This document shows, one piece after another, positions 1 to 10,980 of a stretch of 64,000 bases of DNA; the stretch's first letter is position 1, and each line of letters starts with the position of its first letter. Position numbers and translations under genes: made by a program. The notes beneath the pieces were generated by a model. The model saw only the letters and a list, made by a program, of their open reading frames with translations. It made no database searches and had not been told where the DNA came from. Origin of the DNA: Bdellovibrionales bacterium (lineage in GTDB: Bacteria > Bdellovibrionota > Bdellovibrionia > Bdellovibrionales > JAGQZY01); NCBI GenBank assembly GCA_964230645.1, contig CAXRHT010000003.1, positions 128,001-192,000 on the forward strand, in the 5' to 3' direction.

Positions 1-955
1 AGTCCAAATCCGGGTTATCAGTGTCTAATTTCCAGTCCAAACTTTTAGACTGCCCAGAGCCTGGGACATACTCGGAAACTTCGTATTCATAAATATCTTC
101 CGATCCTAATCCCGTACAGGATTCACAGGCTCCTTTAGGATTATTAAAACTGAACAGAAGGGGATCAATGTTTGAAAAAGAATAGCCACACTCAGGACAT
201 GCAAATCGCGTCGAAAAGTTCTTTCTCTCGCCAGATTTTGTTTCCACAACAACAAGGCCATCGGTTAAAGTGACCGCTGAGGAAATCGCTTGGGAGAGGC
301 GCAGGTCCACTTTTTCGGAATCTTTTAATACCAGTTTATCCATAACGAGATCGATATCATGGCGATTGGTCTTTTTGAGCCCTTTGACACTTTCAAGATA
401 AACCCATGTACCATCGACTTTGGCTTGTAAATAGCCTGCACTTATCCAACTCTCTACCTCTTTTTTAAACTCACCCTTTTTTCCTTTGGCAACCGGAGCG
501 AGCAAGATCGCCTTTTCATTTTTAAAGTGTTTTAGAATATCAAGTTTGATTTGCTCGAGCGATTGTCCTTCTACAGGAATTTTGTGTTTAGGACAAAGTG
601 GCGTTCCGACTTTTGAGTAGAGAAGTCGAAGGTAGTCATAGACTTCTGTGACGGTTCCCACCGTTGAACGCGGACTGTGACCAATTGTTTTCTGGTCAAT
701 GGCGATTGATGGACATAACCCCTGAATGGAGTCCACTTCCGGTTTGTTTAACTGTATAAGAAAGTTTCTTGCGTAGGTTGAGAGGCTATCAATAAATCGT
801 CTCTGCCCCTCGGCATATATTGTGTCGAAGGCAAGGCTTGATTTTCCACTGCCAGACAAACCCGTGACAACAGTCAGAGTATTCTTCTGAATATCGACAT
901 TAATATTTTTTAAATTATGCTCTCGGGCGCCCCGAACCAAAATTTTATCAATCAT
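1..955 (-). CDS. uvrA: Excinuclease ABC subunit A, N-terminal part (runs off window start)
   Basis: Manual translation from ATG at 955: MIDKILVRGAREHNLKNI...GLSGSGKSSLAFDTIYAEGQRR, with zinc-finger Cys pairs. ATGA overlap with the stop of the upstream gene. Not in the ORF track. Confidence 0.97.
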   Translation of the reverse strand, partial: MIDKILVRGAREHNLKNINVDIQKNTLTVVTGLSGSGKSSLAFDTIYAEGQRRFIDSLSTYARNFLIQLNKPEVDSIQGLCPSIAIDQKTIGHSPRSTVGTVTEVYDYLRLLYSKVGTPLCPKHKIPVEGQSLEQIKLDILKHFKNEKAILLAPVAKGKKGEFKKEVESWISAGYLQAKVDGTWVYLESVKGLKKTNRHDIDLVMDKLVLKDSEKVDLRLSQAISSAVTLTDGLVVVETKSGERKNFSTRFACPECGYSFSNIDPLLFSFNNPKGACESCTGLGSEDIYEYEVSEYVPGSGQSKSLDWKLDTDNPDLD

Positions 956-2316
956 AACAAGGGATCAACCAACTCCATCATTTCTTTCTGAATTTTTTCT
1001 AAGCCTTCTTTGGTCGTTGATTCAAAGCGTATGGTAATGACCGGCTGAGTGTTTGAGGATCGAACTAAAGCCCAACCGTTTTCGAAGCTGACTCGAACAC
1101 CATCGATTGTATTGACTTCAAAGTCTCCCGTCGTTTTTTTAAAATGATCTTGTAACTGTTTAACCAAAATCACTTTATTCTCCTCAGTTGTTTCTAATCG
1201 AATCTCTGGTGTGCTGAAGCTAGAGGGGATTCCTTCAAGAAGCTCATCTATGGTTTTGCCAGTTTTACTAAGTATCTCTATAAGCCGAAGGCCTGCGTAG
1301 GGGGCGTCATCAAATCCGTAGTTTCGATCAGCAAAGAATATATGGCCGCTTAATTCACCTCCAAAAGGGGCTTTCTCATCTTTGATTTTATTTTTGATAA
1401 GACTATGACCGGTTTTCCACATGATTGGAGTGCCGCCGCATTTTTCAATATCAATATAGAGTCGGTCCGAACATTTGACGTCTCCAATGATTTTTGATCC
1501 AGGGTGTTCTTTCAAAATGTCTCGGGCGACAATCATCATTATTTCATCACCAAGAATAAATCGGCCTTTTTCATCAACGACTCCGATTCGGTCGGCATCT
1601 CCATCAAAGCCTATACCGATGGCCGCGCCACTTTCTTTTACCAAAGTTTTAAGATCAGACATATTCTCTTCAACTGTGGGATCCGGGTGGTGGTTGGGAA
1701 AAGTTCCATCCGGTTTTTCGAATAATATTTCCGGCTTTAATCCAACGGCTTCGTAAAGCTTCCGAACAATAGAGCCGGCGGCTCCATTTCCGCAGTCTAA
1801 GGCCACTTTTATTGGCTTTAGGTCTTTAAACTCTGCTCTATACCTTTCCACATACTTTTCCGATATATCAAGGTTTTCGACAGAACCCTGTCCCGAAAGA
1901 AAATTTTTGGCCTCAATATAAGACTTTAATTCCTGAATTTGGTCTCCAAAGATAGTGGTTTTACCCATGGAAATCTTAAATCCATTATACTCTGGTGGAT
2001 TGTGGGAGCCTGTAACCATGATGCCGCCATCAACATCTTCCAGAGAAAACATGGAGAAATAAGACATTGGAGTGGTAATAAGCCCTAAATTATAGACTTT
2101 TACTCCTGACGAAGAAAAACCTTGCACGAGACTTTCTACGATTTCAGGACTTGAAAGCCTGGCGTCATATCCTACTGAGACACAAGGCGTTTTAGAAAAT
2201 TTTTCTTTTAAAAAGGCGCTATAGGCCTGTCCTAGAGTTTTTGCAAAGTCAGTATCGAAGTCTGTTTTGTAGACTCCTCTAATATCGTACTCTCTAAAAA
2301 TATGATCTTTATGCAT
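952..2316 (-). CDS. Phosphomannomutase/phosphoglucomutase (AlgC-like)
   Basis: IFREYDIRG, TGSHNP phosphoserine loop, DGDADR metal loop, GELSGH, RSSNTQP. Confidence 0.95.
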   Translation of the reverse strand: MHKDHIFREYDIRGVYKTDFDTDFAKTLGQAYSAFLKEKFSKTPCVSVGYDARLSSPEIVESLVQGFSSSGVKVYNLGLITTPMSYFSMFSLEDVDGGIMVTGSHNPPEYNGFKISMGKTTIFGDQIQELKSYIEAKNFLSGQGSVENLDISEKYVERYRAEFKDLKPIKVALDCGNGAAGSIVRKLYEAVGLKPEILFEKPDGTFPNHHPDPTVEENMSDLKTLVKESGAAIGIGFDGDADRIGVVDEKGRFILGDEIMMIVARDILKEHPGSKIIGDVKCSDRLYIDIEKCGGTPIMWKTGHSLIKNKIKDEKAPFGGELSGHIFFADRNYGFDDAPYAGLRLIEILSKTGKTIDELLEGIPSSFSTPEIRLETTEENKVILVKQLQDHFKKTTGDFEVNTIDGVRVSFENGWALVRSSNTQPVITIRFESTTKEGLEKIQKEMMELVDPLL

Positions 2317-2319
2317 AAG

Positions 2320-3300
2320 TCACCACGTTAAAGGTTTATTCTTAATCAGTTTAATTGCCACCTGGATGGCATTTTCCATAGAGCCACTATCGGCTTTGTT
2401 TTTTCCAAAAAGGTCTTTAGCTGTTCCGTGATCGACACTTGTCCTGACAAAAGGAAGTCCCAATGAATATTGAACACCGGTGTGAACACCGTGAACCATC
2501 TTAAAAGGAATTAGCCCTTGGTCATGATAGCTTGCAATATAAAAGCTATATTTTTTACGTTCCTTCTCTTGGAAACAGACATCTGGAACTAAAGGACCGA
2601 CAAGGGGAGATTTTTTATTGTTCACTTTTTTAAGGAGAGGTTTATAGAGGGTATCTTCTTTTTTATCTATAACTCCAAATTCGCCAGCGTGAGGATTGCA
2701 GCCCACTATTGCAATGGGTTTTAGCTTTTTCTTGGAGGGGAGTTTTTGAACAATTTTTTTGGTCAACTGAATACACTTTTTGAGATTTTCCTCGGTGATT
2801 CGATCGTAGGCTTTTTTGACAGAAACGTGACCGGTAAGAAGGGTGACATTAAAGTCATCTCCTAAGAAGCACATATAGACATCTTTGGTTTTAGACACTC
2901 GTTTTAGAATATCGGTATGGCCATTGTCTTTAAACCCAGAGTTTTTAATTTCGGTTTTGGAAAGCGGTGCGGTCACAAGGGCATCAATTGATTTTGACAT
3001 TCCCGCTTTCGCCATAAGCTCGACCCATTTTGCTGGAGGCAGAGGGCTTTCAATATCGATGAGTGTTTTATAAAAGTCTGGAGGCGTTCTAAGAGCTTCA
3101 GGCCAGGTCGTTACCGTTTTACGTTTGAAATAGCGATCAATTTTTTTCAAATCCCTGCGAGGAGTGTTCGGTCCTCTCCATAGGTAAAACTGAACCCCTC
3201 TTTTGGGTTTTAGATTGTATAGAGCTTTGGCGGTCACTTCCGAGCCAATGCCGTCAAAATCTCCAGTTGTTAATGCAATTTTTGAAAATTTTTGTTTCAT
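2320..3300 (-). CDS. pdxA: 4-hydroxythreonine-4-phosphate dehydrogenase (PdxA family)
   Basis: NPHAGE, YHDQG, GLPFVRTSVDHGTA; follows surA as in the classic surA-pdxA order. Confidence 0.93.
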   Translation of the reverse strand: MKQKFSKIALTTGDFDGIGSEVTAKALYNLKPKRGVQFYLWRGPNTPRRDLKKIDRYFKRKTVTTWPEALRTPPDFYKTLIDIESPLPPAKWVELMAKAGMSKSIDALVTAPLSKTEIKNSGFKDNGHTDILKRVSKTKDVYMCFLGDDFNVTLLTGHVSVKKAYDRITEENLKKCIQLTKKIVQKLPSKKKLKPIAIVGCNPHAGEFGVIDKKEDTLYKPLLKKVNNKKSPLVGPLVPDVCFQEKERKKYSFYIASYHDQGLIPFKMVHGVHTGVQYSLGLPFVRTSVDHGTAKDLFGKNKADSGSMENAIQVAIKLIKNKPLTW

Positions 3301-4274
3301 ATTTTATTAATTTGTATGATGGCGTCTTTTCGCTTCTGAGAAAGCCAAAACTGAAGCTGCTCTTGAAAAGCTTGAGCCATTAGTTGTTGGTAGATCTGCT
3401 GTTTTTGTTTTTCAATAGCAGGGTCTTTTATAAGTTTTCGATCTAAAATTTTGAAAATGTGGAAACCCATGGGTGTTTTTACAATTTTTGATGTTTCCCC
3501 AATTTCTAAAGACCCTATCGCTTTTTCAATCGATGCGATCATTTCTCCCGATTTGAAGCGTCCAAATTTTCCACCCTGATTTTTCGTGTCTTGGTCCGTA
3601 CTATATTCCTTTACTAAGGACTCAAAACTGTTTCCTTTTGAAAGCTTGGATTGCACCTCGTTGGCTTGGTTTTTTTGTTTTAATAAAATGTGAGCGATAT
3701 GAAACTCAAAAACTTGGGATTGACTGGACCCATTGTTCGAAAGGTAGTGGCTAACTATATCTTGCTCTGAAATTTTAATTTTGCTCGTGATTTCTTTTTC
3801 AACCAATTGCCTACGCTCAATCCCCGATTTAACGAAGTCTCGGTACTCTTCAAAATCGACACCCTGGCTTTGTAGAGTTCTTCTGAGTTGATCGACAGTC
3901 ATATTTTGGCGATCAGCAATTGAGGTGATTTCTTTACTGACTCTTTCCTCAGTCACAAGAAGATTGTTCTCCTGAATGGCGTATTCGATTATTTTATCAT
4001 CGATGAGAAGCTTGATGAGATACTCTCGGTCTTCAAGTGCTTTTTGGCGGGTTTCAGGATCGGAGAAAAGAAGGTCATTTAAAAAACCACCATTTTTAAG
4101 CTTGTCTTGATAGTCTTTAATTTCCGTTAAGGTGATTGTTTTTCCATTTACGACAGCATAAATTTTTTCAAGAAGGCGACTTTGAGAGTGCAATGGAAAC
4201 AAAAGGGCAATACTAAACACAACCAAAAACATTTTAGTAAAGGGATGCTGTCGCGTCGATTTTAATAGCTTCAA
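3297..4274 (-). CDS. surA: SurA-like periplasmic chaperone with one parvulin PPIase domain
   Basis: Signal peptide, AVVNGKTIT N-domain, HIAHILL...YSTD...GGKFG...GFHIFK parvulin motifs; TTG start with GGAGG upstream. Confidence 0.85.
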   Translation of the reverse strand: MKLLKSTRQHPFTKMFLVVFSIALLFPLHSQSRLLEKIYAVVNGKTITLTEIKDYQDKLKNGGFLNDLLFSDPETRQKALEDREYLIKLLIDDKIIEYAIQENNLLVTEERVSKEITSIADRQNMTVDQLRRTLQSQGVDFEEYRDFVKSGIERRQLVEKEITSKIKISEQDIVSHYLSNNGSSQSQVFEFHIAHILLKQKNQANEVQSKLSKGNSFESLVKEYSTDQDTKNQGGKFGRFKSGEMIASIEKAIGSLEIGETSKIVKTPMGFHIFKILDRKLIKDPAIEKQKQQIYQQLMAQAFQEQLQFWLSQKRKDAIIQINKI

Positions 4275-4326
4275 AGGACCTCCCTGGTCGGTCGTAAGTG
4301 AATAGACTCTTTTATCACAAAATGGC

Positions 4327-4983
4327 TCAAAAAACTTCCTTTACTGCGGATCTGTCAAAGGCCTGTTTTTTCGTCTGATTGAGCTTAATTTTCAACTGAT
4401 CCGCCCATTTTTTTGATTTCGGATCATCTTCTTTTAAAAGAGCATCCATGGGCTCGCCCCATTGGATAATTACTTTGGAAAATGGCAGAGGAAGTCTGGT
4501 TTTATTCCAGGATTTTTCAAAGGTTTTATAGCGGCTGGCAAAAAATGAAATGGGTACAATAGGAAGCTTTGTCATCCTGGAAATTTGAAAGACACCAGGT
4601 TTTACCTCATAAATAGGGCCTTTTGGACCGTCGACGGCAACACTAGGGCGGCGTCCTTTTTTCTTAAGTCTTAGTATACCTTTAAGAGCACCAACTCCCC
4701 CTCGCGTGGAGGAGCCGCGGACAGTTTCGGCTCCTAAAAGTTGGACCGCTCGATTCATTATATCACCATCTTTACTGGTCGAGATGATGCAGGCCACGTG
4801 GTAAGGCTTGAGCAAATGAAGAATCCCCAACTCATCCCCGTGCCAATGAGCAATGAGGAAACTATTTCCTGACTCTCTCCATTGTCTCACCGAATCGGAT
4901 TCATGAATCTCTATTCGCCAAGACCATTGAAGTATTTTGTAAAAACAGAAAGCGAAAAAAGGAAGGATATGTTTTTTAAACAT
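4327..4983 (-). CDS. Lysophospholipid acyltransferase family protein (DUF374)
   Basis: AHWHG, STSKDGD, VRGSSTRGG, AVDGPKGP, SWNKTRLPLPF. Confidence 0.88.
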   Translation of the reverse strand: MFKKHILPFFAFCFYKILQWSWRIEIHESDSVRQWRESGNSFLIAHWHGDELGILHLLKPYHVACIISTSKDGDIMNRAVQLLGAETVRGSSTRGGVGALKGILRLKKKGRRPSVAVDGPKGPIYEVKPGVFQISRMTKLPIVPISFFASRYKTFEKSWNKTRLPLPFSKVIIQWGEPMDALLKEDDPKSKKWADQLKIKLNQTKKQAFDRSAVKEVF

Positions 4984-5018
4984 TGTTCGTATTCATCCTT
5001 CCTTGATAGAGGCGAGTT

Positions 5019-5978
5019 TTATTTTACCGATTTAATTTTTTCGGTAAGCAGAGGGACAACCTCAAAAAGGTCACCCACAATTCCATAAGTGGCTCGTTGG
5101 AAGATGGGCGCTTTTTCATCTTTGTTTATGGCTACAATATTCTTACTTCCACTCATACCTGCGATGTGTTGAATGGCACCGGAAATTCCGACAGCAAAAT
5201 AGAGATTGGGGGCCACAGTTTTCCCAGTTTGCCCAACCTGTAGGGAGTGAGGCACCCATCCAAGGTCAACAACGGCTCGAGAAGCTCCTACTGTAGCGTT
5301 CATAGGCTCTGCCAGATCGTGAAGGAGTTTAAAGTTATCAGCCTCTTTAAGTCCGCGACCACCAGAAACAATGACTTCAGCTTCGGTAAGGTCAAGCTTT
5401 TCAGATTCACCTTCTTCAATGGAAACTGTTTCCGTTTGTCCAGAAGGAGTTGGCCAATCAAGGGTGATGTTTTCAGGAGATCCGGACTCGTTGGCGTCAA
5501 CGAGACGGATTTGATTCGGGCGGAGTAGGACAATTTTTGCGGAATCATCTGTAAATGTTACCTGAGCTGTACACTTTCCTGCATAGAGGGGACGCTTTAC
5601 TTCAAGGCTGTCTCCCACTTCCATGTCTGTCACATCACTCATGTAAGCAAAATCGTTTTTTGCCGCCAAACGTGGAAAAATATCTCGGCCTAAATTATTG
5701 GAGCTGGCTAAAACAATTTCTGGATTTTCTTTTTCAATAAGGGACTGTAGAGCTAATTTATAGGTCTCAGGGTTGTATTGATCAGCCTGATCTTCAGCAT
5801 TTGAATAATGCTTTTTAACTCCCCATTTACCAAGAGAATCAGCGACTTTATCGGAACCTTTTCCAAAGGCGGCCGTTGATACTTCAAAACCTTTCCCATA
5901 GAGAACAGAAAGACCTTCAAGGCTACTTTTTTTAACTTCGTTGTCATGAATTTCTAGAAAAACGAGCGCTTTTTTCAT
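5019..5978 (-). CDS. etfA: Electron transfer flavoprotein alpha subunit
   Basis: RPLYAG, VSGGRG, VGASRAVVD, QVGQTGK, GISGAIQH. Confidence 0.96.
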   Translation of the reverse strand: MKKALVFLEIHDNEVKKSSLEGLSVLYGKGFEVSTAAFGKGSDKVADSLGKWGVKKHYSNAEDQADQYNPETYKLALQSLIEKENPEIVLASSNNLGRDIFPRLAAKNDFAYMSDVTDMEVGDSLEVKRPLYAGKCTAQVTFTDDSAKIVLLRPNQIRLVDANESGSPENITLDWPTPSGQTETVSIEEGESEKLDLTEAEVIVSGGRGLKEADNFKLLHDLAEPMNATVGASRAVVDLGWVPHSLQVGQTGKTVAPNLYFAVGISGAIQHIAGMSGSKNIVAINKDEKAPIFQRATYGIVGDLFEVVPLLTEKIKSVK

Positions 5979-5989
5979 TGTACTATCCT

Positions 5990-6766
5990 TTACAGAACTT
6001 TGGCTTCTTCTTGGAGCAATTTAACTAATTCTTCAACCTGATCGGCAGGCTCACCTTCGATCATTTTACATGCGGCTCTTTCTGGAGGCAGAGCATAGTT
6101 TGTAAACTTAACTTTTACTTTGTCTTCACTAATACCTACGTCATCTAATGAGAGTTCCGTGATGGGCTTCTTTTTTGCTTTCATAATTCCTGGTAGACTT
6201 GCAAAGCGGGGCTTGTTTAGCCCCTTATTCGCTGTAATCATGGCTGGACACTTTAGTTTAAAGCTTTCCTTGGTGCCGCCCTCAATTTCTCGGGTGGCCG
6301 TCACCGAACCATCTCCATACTCCACACTACTTGCAACAGAGGCATGGGGGATTTCTAACATTTCAGAAAGCATAAGTGGAACTGCGGATACATTGCCATC
6401 AATAGCAAGTTTACCAGAAAAAATGAGGTGGTAGTCGCCCTCTTTTTTAATGGCCTCACCAAGAGCTTTGGCTGTGGTGAGGGCATCAAGAGAAGCGTCC
6501 GTATTAATCAAGATTGAATCATCAGCACCCATAGCCATCGCTGTTAGCAGCGCGTTATTTACGCGAGCTTTTGGTCCGAGAGTGATGGCAGTAACCCGAA
6601 CATCGTCGTTGTTTTCTTTGAAGCGAATGGCTTCTTCGATAGCAAATTCGTCATAGGGGTTAATGACCCATTTTACACCGTTGGTTTCGATGCCTTGGGA
6701 ATCAGATTTGAGCTTGATTCTCGTTTCAGTATCGGGAACTTGTTTAACACATACAAAAATTCGCAT
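5990..6766 (-). CDS. etfB: Electron transfer flavoprotein beta subunit
   Basis: VCVKQVPD, NPYDEFAIEEA, PRFASLPGIMKAKKK; start moved to ATG 6766, which has GAGG upstream. Confidence 0.96.
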   Translation of the reverse strand: MRIFVCVKQVPDTETRIKLKSDSQGIETNGVKWVINPYDEFAIEEAIRFKENNDDVRVTAITLGPKARVNNALLTAMAMGADDSILINTDASLDALTTAKALGEAIKKEGDYHLIFSGKLAIDGNVSAVPLMLSEMLEIPHASVASSVEYGDGSVTATREIEGGTKESFKLKCPAMITANKGLNKPRFASLPGIMKAKKKPITELSLDDVGISEDKVKVKFTNYALPPERAACKMIEGEPADQVEELVKLLQEEAKVL

Positions 6767-7277
6767 ACACACCTCGTAAAGACAGATAGTTTGCTTATTA
6801 GCTTTCTAGACCGCTGCGAAATTAGGCAAGAACCCTTTTTCAAAGCTGTGGATCTAAGATTTTAAAAAACAAATAACAAAGCTATCCTCAGCTATAGTAT
6901 TTTAGACCGTCTACTTTTCCTAAATGTCGTGCTTAATGTAAAGCAGATTCACCGTATAAAAATCATTATTTTAGGGTTTCTATTTTCAATTGGTTTTAAA
7001 TAAGCTAAATATTGGGAGTTTTATATCTGAAAGCGTTCAATTCCGAGGGGCAGAGGCTGATAATTGTCAGCCATGTTTAGCTAGCTTTGAATTGAGCCCT
7101 TGAGCTTGAATCTATACTCGAAATGGCCCCAAAAGCCTTGAGCCTGTGATTTAAGGTGTGGCCTGAGATTAGATGCAGTGTTTAATATGGCTTTCAGGAA
7201 AAACGTTAACTCTATCTTTGTTCAAGATTTGTTGAACTTATTTGTTTTTTGGCATAGTGTCTAAATTGAGGTGAACA

Positions 7278-7934
7278 TTGGGTTTTTTAAGTTCTTCGAT
7301 AGGTAAAAAGTATGTGATGGGTCTTGCCGGTTTGGTTTGGACAGGTTTTGTTGCAGGTCATATGGCTGGAAATATGCTTATTTTTGTGGGCCCCGAGGCT
7401 TTTAATAGGTATGGGCACGCGATCGTCTCTAATAAGGCTCTTTTATATGGAACCGAAGCCGTCTTATTAACAGCTTTGATCGTTCATGTGGTGCTAGCAA
7501 TCATCCTGACAAAAGAGAACCGAAAAGCTAAGCCTAAAAAATATGCGGAAATGGCCGGCTCGAAAAAACGCTCCAATCTAGCGTCTCGAACAATGGCCGT
7601 TCACGGGTCGATCATATTGGCATTTATCATTTATCATTTAATTACCTTCAAGTACGGACCCCACTACCAGGTTGAGTACGGTGGTGAACAGATGAGAGAT
7701 CTTTACCGGTTGGTCATTGAGGTGTTTAATGATCCCGCTTATGTCGTAGGTTATGTTATTTGCCTTATTTTACTGGGCATTCATCTTAGACATGGGGCTT
7801 GGTCAGTTTTCCAGTCTTTTGGAATCAACCATCCTCGTTACACTCCAATTTTGAAGACCGGCGCGATTATCTATGCAGTTATTGTGGCCAGTGGTTTTAT
7901 TTCTCAACCCGTTTATGTTTTTCTTTTTCAATAA
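7278..7934 (+). CDS. sdhC: Succinate dehydrogenase/fumarate reductase cytochrome b subunit (b558-type, single anchor)
   Basis: SSIGKKYVMG, GHMAGN, five hydrophobic helices with His ligands, HLRHG; TTG start with GAGGTG RBS; directly upstream of sdhA. Confidence 0.92.
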   Translation: MGFLSSSIGKKYVMGLAGLVWTGFVAGHMAGNMLIFVGPEAFNRYGHAIVSNKALLYGTEAVLLTALIVHVVLAIILTKENRKAKPKKYAEMAGSKKRSNLASRTMAVHGSIILAFIIYHLITFKYGPHYQVEYGGEQMRDLYRLVIEVFNDPAYVVGYVICLILLGIHLRHGAWSVFQSFGINHPRYTPILKTGAIIYAVIVASGFISQPVYVFLFQ

Positions 7935-7946
7935 GGTGAGGATTTC

Positions 7947-9854
7947 ATGTCGTTAAACTCAAATGTACCAAATGAACCAATCGATAAAATGTGGGAGAAC
8001 CACAAATTCAAAATGAAGTTGGTGAACCCAGCCAATAGAAGAAAATATAAAGTGATCGTTGTGGGAACCGGCCTTGCCGGAGGTGCCGCCGCCGCTTCCC
8101 TGGGAGAGATGGGTTACAACGTGGAAAACTTTTGTATCCAAGATTCCGCAAGAAGAGCGCACTCGATCGCGGCCCAAGGTGGAATAAATGCAGCTAAAAA
8201 TTACCCAAACGATGGAGACTCCGTCTATCGCCTTTTCTATGACACTGTGAAAGGGGGAGACTTTCGTTCTAGAGAGGCCAATGTTTACCGATTGGCGCAA
8301 AACTCAAATTTAATTATTGATCAATGTGTGGCTCAAGGTGTTCCTTTTGCGAGAGAGTATGGAGGCTTGTTAACTAACCGTTCTTTTGGAGGCGCGCAGG
8401 TTTCAAGAACTTTCTATGCCCGTGGACAAACAGGGCAACAACTTCTATTAGGAGCCTATTCAGCTCTGATGCGACAAGTGGAAAAAGGCACCGTGAATGT
8501 TCAAGCTCGAAAAGAAATGCTCGATCTTGTTCTTGTTAATGGTAAAGCCCGCGGTATCATAGCTAGAGACATCAAAACCGGTGAAATTACCAAGCACACA
8601 GCCGACGTGGTTGTCTTGTGCACGGGTGGGTACGGAAATGTGTACTACCTTTCAACGAATGCGATGAATTCAAATGTAACAGCGGCCTGGAGATGTCACC
8701 GAAAAGGGGCTTATTTTGCCAACCCTTGTTTCACCCAAATTCACCCTACCTGCATTCCTGTTTCGGGTGATCACCAATCAAAACTAACTTTAATGTCCGA
8801 GTCTCTAAGAAATGATGGGCGAGTGTGGGTTCCCAAAGAAAAAGGGGATAAACGTAAACCCAATGATATTCCTAAAGAAGAAAGAGATTACTATTTAGAA
8901 AGAATTTACCCAAGTTTTGGAAACCTCGTTCCTCGTGATGTGGCCTCAAGACAGGCAAAATTTCGCGTTGATGAAGGACGTGGTGTGGGTAAAACAGGTG
9001 TGGCTGTTTATCTTGATTTTGCTGACGCGATTCAAAGAGAGGGTAAGGATGCCATTGCCGAGAAGTACGGAAACCTTTTTCAAATGTATGAAAAAATCAC
9101 GGGAGAAAATCCTTACGAAGTTCCAATGAAAATTTATCCGGCCGTGCACTATACAATGGGTGGACTCTGGGTCGATTACAATCTGATGAGTAATGTTGAA
9201 GGTTTATTTGTGGGCGGCGAAGCCAACTTTTCCGACCATGGTGCTAATCGCCTCGGAGCTTCGGCATTGATGCAAGGGCTTTCGGATGGCTATTTTATCC
9301 TCCCTTACACAGTAGGGAACTATCTAGGATCTCAATCGTTTGACGAAGTTTCTCCCGAGATGAAGGAATTTGAAGAAGCATATAATGGTTCAAAAAATAG
9401 AATCGATGAATTACTCGGAATCAAAGGAAGTAAAACAGTCGATGAGTTCCATCGTGAGCTCGGTCAAATTATGTGGGAAAATGTCGGAATGTCGAGAAAT
9501 GAAAAAGGACTTTCTGATGCCATTGAGAAGATACCACAATTGAAAAAAGAGTTTTGGTCTAATGTGAAGGTCAGTGGTGTTAATGAAAACATTAATGCTG
9601 AGTTGGAAAAAGCCAACCGTGTGGCTGATTTCCTTGAGCTTGGTGAGTTAATGGCACGTGATGCCCGCAACCGCGAAGAGTCCTGTGGTGGACACTTCAG
9701 AGAAGAGCATCAAACAGAAGAAAATGAGGCCAAAAGAAATGATGATGAATTTGCTTACGTGGCTGCCTGGGAATTCTCTGATGATAAGCCAAAGCTTCAT
9801 AAAGAAAACTTAGAATTCGAACACGTGAAACTGGCCACTCGAAGTTACAAGTAG
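7947..9854 (+). CDS. sdhA: Succinate dehydrogenase/fumarate reductase flavoprotein subunit
   Basis: [21 protein letters not shown] (covalent-FAD His), QIHPT, HYTMGG, HGANRLG. Confidence 0.97.
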   Translation: MSLNSNVPNEPIDKMWENHKFKMKLVNPANRRKYKVIVVGTGLAGGAAAASLGEMGYNVENFCIQDSARRAHSIAAQGGINAAKNYPNDGDSVYRLFYDTVKGGDFRSREANVYRLAQNSNLIIDQCVAQGVPFAREYGGLLTNRSFGGAQVSRTFYARGQTGQQLLLGAYSALMRQVEKGTVNVQARKEMLDLVLVNGKARGIIARDIKTGEITKHTADVVVLCTGGYGNVYYLSTNAMNSNVTAAWRCHRKGAYFANPCFTQIHPTCIPVSGDHQSKLTLMSESLRNDGRVWVPKEKGDKRKPNDIPKEERDYYLERIYPSFGNLVPRDVASRQAKFRVDEGRGVGKTGVAVYLDFADAIQREGKDAIAEKYGNLFQMYEKITGENPYEVPMKIYPAVHYTMGGLWVDYNLMSNVEGLFVGGEANFSDHGANRLGASALMQGLSDGYFILPYTVGNYLGSQSFDEVSPEMKEFEEAYNGSKNRIDELLGIKGSKTVDEFHRELGQIMWENVGMSRNEKGLSDAIEKIPQLKKEFWSNVKVSGVNENINAELEKANRVADFLELGELMARDARNREESCGGHFREEHQTEENEAKRNDDEFAYVAAWEFSDDKPKLHKENLEFEHVKLATRSYK

Positions 9855-9862
9855 GGGATGTT

Positions 9863-10609
9863 ATGAATTTAAAATTAAAAATCTGGCGTCAAAAAGATAA
9901 AAACTCCAAAGGCCATTTTATGGACTTTGAAGCAAAAGAAATCTCAGAAGACATGTCTTTCTTGGAAATGATGGATGTCGTAAATCAACAATTAATAAAA
10001 GCGGGGGAAGAGCCTGTCGAGTTTGACCACGACTGCCGGGAGGGAATCTGTGGCTCCTGTTCAATGGTTATCAACGGTGACGCCCATGGCCCTCAGAGAA
10101 GTACTACGACCTGCCAACTGCATATGAGATCTTTTAAAGAAGGTGATCAAATTGTAATTGAGCCCTTTCGCGCGGAGTCTTTTCCTGTGCTTAAAGACTT
10201 AGTCGTGGACCGAACGGCTTTTGATAAAATTCAAGAGGCGGGAGGGTATATCTCGGTGAACACAGGTAATGCTCCCGATGCTAATGCTATACCGGTTGGT
10301 AAAGAAGAAGCCGATATGGCTTTTATGTCGGCCACGTGTATTGGGTGTGGAGCTTGTGTAGCAGCTTGTAAAAACTCCTCAGCAATGCTTTTTGCGGGAG
10401 CTAAAATCTCTCAGTATGCGCTGTTACCACAAGGTCAGCCTGAGAGACAGCAGCGGGTTCTCAATATGGTGAAAACTATGGACGATATGGGATTTGGTAA
10501 CTGTTCGAATACCGGAGCTTGTGAGATGGCTTGCCCGAAAGATATTTCCTTGGAAAATATCGCTCGTATGAATCGAGAGTACTTAAAGGCCTCAATCAAA
10601 CATAGATAG
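9863..10609 (+). CDS. sdhB: Succinate dehydrogenase/fumarate reductase Fe-S subunit
   Basis: [32 protein letters not shown]. Confidence 0.97.
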   Translation: MNLKLKIWRQKDKNSKGHFMDFEAKEISEDMSFLEMMDVVNQQLIKAGEEPVEFDHDCREGICGSCSMVINGDAHGPQRSTTTCQLHMRSFKEGDQIVIEPFRAESFPVLKDLVVDRTAFDKIQEAGGYISVNTGNAPDANAIPVGKEEADMAFMSATCIGCGACVAACKNSSAMLFAGAKISQYALLPQGQPERQQRVLNMVKTMDDMGFGNCSNTGACEMACPKDISLENIARMNREYLKASIKHR

Positions 10610-10626
10610 GTTCATTTTAAAGCGTT

Positions 10627-10851
10627 TTAAGACGATTTTTTTTGGTTGAACAGACTAAGTTGCTCACTAACTACAGCTTCGTCCTCTTGTCTTAAAGAAT
10701 TACTGTCAGCATCCATTTCTTGATCGAATTTTCTTTGAGTCTCTTTTTCGTTAGCCTGACGAATAAGGTTCTTTATAAAAGCCTTTTTGACCTCATAGGA
10801 GCCTTCTTGTCGAAAACCGAGATCCTCCATTATGTCACCAAGCTTTTTCAT
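10627..10851 (-). CDS. Small hypothetical protein with C-terminal QLSLF (beta-clamp-binding-like) motif
   Basis: 74-aa ORF, ATG with GAGG upstream, fills the gap between convergent genes. Confidence 0.75.
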   Translation of the reverse strand: MKKLGDIMEDLGFRQEGSYEVKKAFIKNLIRQANEKETQRKFDQEMDADSNSLRQEDEAVVSEQLSLFNQKKSS

Positions 10852-10980
10852 ATTAACCTCTTTGCAAACTCATCGGGTTATCGAGGAAGAATCTTGATGA
10901 AAATCTAAGGCGGAGATCTAAGTTACTAAATTAGATCCCAAAGCGCTGTGTTAAGGTTAATAATCTTTATTTTAGAGTGT

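Noticed and set aside
6848..6863. GTGGATCTAAGATTTT matches GCGGATCTGAGATTTT at 32841-32856 (14/16) in another intergenic region
   Set aside because: Only two copies; a match of this quality is expected by chance among several kb of AT-rich intergenic DNA.
6929..7003. 24-aa GTG-start ORF in the etfB-sdhC intergenic region
   Set aside because: No RBS or promoter support.
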